This document shows, piece after piece, positions 61,402-64,000 of a stretch of 64,000 bases of DNA (within the stretch, counting starts at the first letter, position 1; each line of letters starts with the position of its first letter). The translations under genes and the position numbers were made by a program. Below the pieces are notes generated by a model. It saw nothing but the letters and a program-made list of their open reading frames with translations, searched no databases and had not been told where the DNA came from. The stretch comes from Puccinia triticina (taxonomy: Eukaryota). The stretch is taken from positions 2,728,001 to 2,792,000 of the forward strand of contig CP110439.1 of assembly GCA_026914245.1 (NCBI GenBank), in the 5' to 3' direction.

Positions 61402-64000
61402 TTGAAGTTTTGTTGAAACCTACTTTCTGTTGATGGATTTGATAAGGGGGCGCGCGTGCGTCGGCTTAATTGTAACTAAGGAAAGAAGTAACACAAAAGA
61501 ATTAGAAAAATCAGGAGACAGCGGACGATGATTGGCGGTAAGCTTTGAATTGATGGATGATGGGTTTGACTGCTGTCGATGTGCCTCTAGCAGTTTAAAT
61601 TGTTGACAGTCAAAGAAGAAAGATGATGAATGTACTGCATTTAGTACAGGACAAATACTTGCGCAAGCAAAGCGGCGGAGAAGAAGCAAGATGATCAGGA
61701 TCTCCACGGACAAGATATACAACTTGATTCTCCGGGTCCATCATTGGCGAGTAAATGTTGGGGTGACGGCTTCGCTCAGAATCGAAAGGGATGTGTGTTA
61801 GTGCACATAGAAATGCACGTTGGTGTGGGGTGACGACTTGATCAGCATGCCAGATGAAGGTCAGGCAGCAGCAGGTGGCGCAAGATAATCGAAGAATTGT
61901 TGGTTTGAAGGCAGCAGGAAGGGTATTCCGATGACGAGTGACGAAGAAGATAGAAGACGGATGAATTGATGAGCTCTGATGTATCGAACAACGAGCGCAG
62001 AATTCAGATTTCGGGATGGAAATGACTCTGGAATTTTGTACAAGATAGTCGCCGGGAGTAGCGCGAAATGACATCGGCAAAGGAATACATAGCTCAGGCA
62101 AGCCTCGAATGGATCGACTGACGTGGATGCCTTTTTCTTGCGTCTATTGGCGTGCATGGATCATAGGAATTGGAAGCCTGTGTGGTAACGGAGGAGCAGA
62201 TCTGTAATCATCTGATATTTACTTCATTTGCTGCAGGACATGCCGCATAGTCACAGGATTCGACAGACGCGTAGGCAAGCTCAGGGAAACGTGGTGGATT
62301 GATGACATGAATCTTGGTCCAGAGCAGGAAGGAGACTGTCAGGGGGAAGGCAAGATGTGCAGACGGAGGGAAAAATATGATTGGTAGGTTGCTGTTGGAC
62401 AGCTGACACAGAAGCGGAACACACGTCCAGCCCGAGGCAAGCGGATGTGGGGCCTTAATTCCATAGCCATGAGCTGATGACGGTGAGCGGAGTTGACTTG
62501 TGTCAACCAGCGCAGGGATAGATGATAGCAACTTTGTTGTATCCAGACAGAGCGACACACAAATATAGGCATCTGTTATATCCAGCGCATGTGGTCCGTG
62601 GAGGAAGGAGAAATCTAATCTGATATAGATTTGCCCACCAATCCAGATTTATGATCAAAGATTTATGATTCTTAGGATACACGGTGCGCATCGCCCACCA
62701 GACAACTCTGTCATATCGTTGGGCTTTCTTCGGAGGGTGAAAGTTTCATGAAGGAGAGGGACTTACCCGACGTGGTCGACGAATCGGATCTGTGGAACTG
62801 GAAGGAATAGTGACAAGCGCGCAAATGAAGTTTGATTGTTGAAGGAACTTGAACCACTCGGAGCTGGGGGATTAATTGACCGGAGCAGGTAGTGGGATGA
62901 GTGTTGACGGCTTATAATACATGAATGGTGCTAGGGTGTCCGAAACGAAGACAGGAATATATTTCTTTGACACGCCGCCTCCAGGACTTTTTTACGAGAC
63001 TGCGTGCGTCGCTGCATCCTGGGACACTCATTGGAAACAGAGTAATGGCTTCATGACTAGACAGGCAAGTCTCCCACAACTAGCGATCTTCAGGTCAAAT
63101 TGGTCTAGAAAGAATGAACTCTCAGGAAAGCTACGGGGAGACTCTGAAAAGCGGAGATATTTGCATTTGAACAAGGGTTATTTATTTCAAATTGATCGGT
63201 TGGCTCACGCCGAAGCATACTATGTAAATATGTACCATAGCGAGGTAGAAAGGAGCTTGGCCGGAGAAGAGCTGAGCTGGGCCACCTGGGCTATGAAGTT
63301 GAGCCTATGTAGTCTACCTAGCTTTATCAAATATTTATGAAATATCTTTTGTCTTCATTCGCAAAAGTGAAACAAGAACATTCTTTCTAATGAAATTGTG
63401 AACACCCCAAAACGTAAACCATGCCCCGGACTTCGATCCTATCACACCAGTAACGTTTACGCCTCACAAACTCTGCGAGTGACCTCAATCTATGGGCCGC
63501 CTCTCGTGCATTACAAGTCTGAGAGAAAGGTGAACGAGGAAACAAATCCGGGATGAAGCTTCATTCCGACATGGTTGAGCAACCCGGGCTTTCGCGCTGT
63601 AGTTACTCAACGAGAAGGACGTCTGGCTTCGTTTCGAAAGAAAAAAAAACCGGACCGCGGCCTCAGCAGTCGAGCATGATTTCAGCGACAGTCTGGTTTC
63701 CAAGCTCTTTGAGGTTGGACAAACCTCTCCTCGACAGGCCAGATGTTTGAAAGTGATGATCTCGCAGTTGCGTAGCTTTGAGCCTTTGCTCTGCCCGATT
63801 CGAGACAGGCACGGCGGCCGGGAAGGGTGAATTCATTTGAAATCCAGTGGAAACTGCAAACATAATACGTCATGTTGAGCTTCCCACGAGCTGAGCCAGC
63901 TCTTTCCGAGTTTCTCAATTGCGTAAAGCCCGCAGCAGATGAATAAGCCCTGTTGAAGCGCCGGAGACGGAGGAGTGTGAAGTCACACATGTCGGTTCTA

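Noticed and set aside
61420..64000. Short ORFs upstream of the homeobox gene
   Set aside because: No domain or consistent splice model; probably 5' UTR or promoter.

Overview
Eukaryotic, intron-containing, transposon-rich DNA. Gene and TE style suggest a rust fungus (Puccinia-like); this is inference. Host genes: a ~770-aa hypothetical protein (7.2-9.6 kb), a secreted Pro/His/Lys-rich extensin-like protein (11.3-12.2 kb), ALG7/DPAGT1 (35.8-37.6 kb), succinyl-CoA ligase alpha LSC1 (56.1-57.8 kb) lying head-to-head with a KGD2 (E2o) pseudogene, and a TALE homeobox gene (59-61.4 kb). The centre is a three-level nest: a TIR element (18954-32555) contains a decayed Copia, which contains a young, intact 8.7-kb Gypsy (22164-30906). 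That Gypsy has TG..TA ends, a 4-bp TSD and a -1 slippery site. Most unusually, its primer-binding site is a 50-nt complement of mature, spliced tRNA-Tyr (nt 27-76), and it carries five dispersed copies of a covarying structured motif. Also present: a gag-only Gypsy derivative, a second Copia remnant, a Helitron/Pif1 remnant, several solo LTRs, many MITEs, and large hairpin tandem arrays (28-32-bp units) that are not CRISPR. All coordinates and alignments were read by eye.
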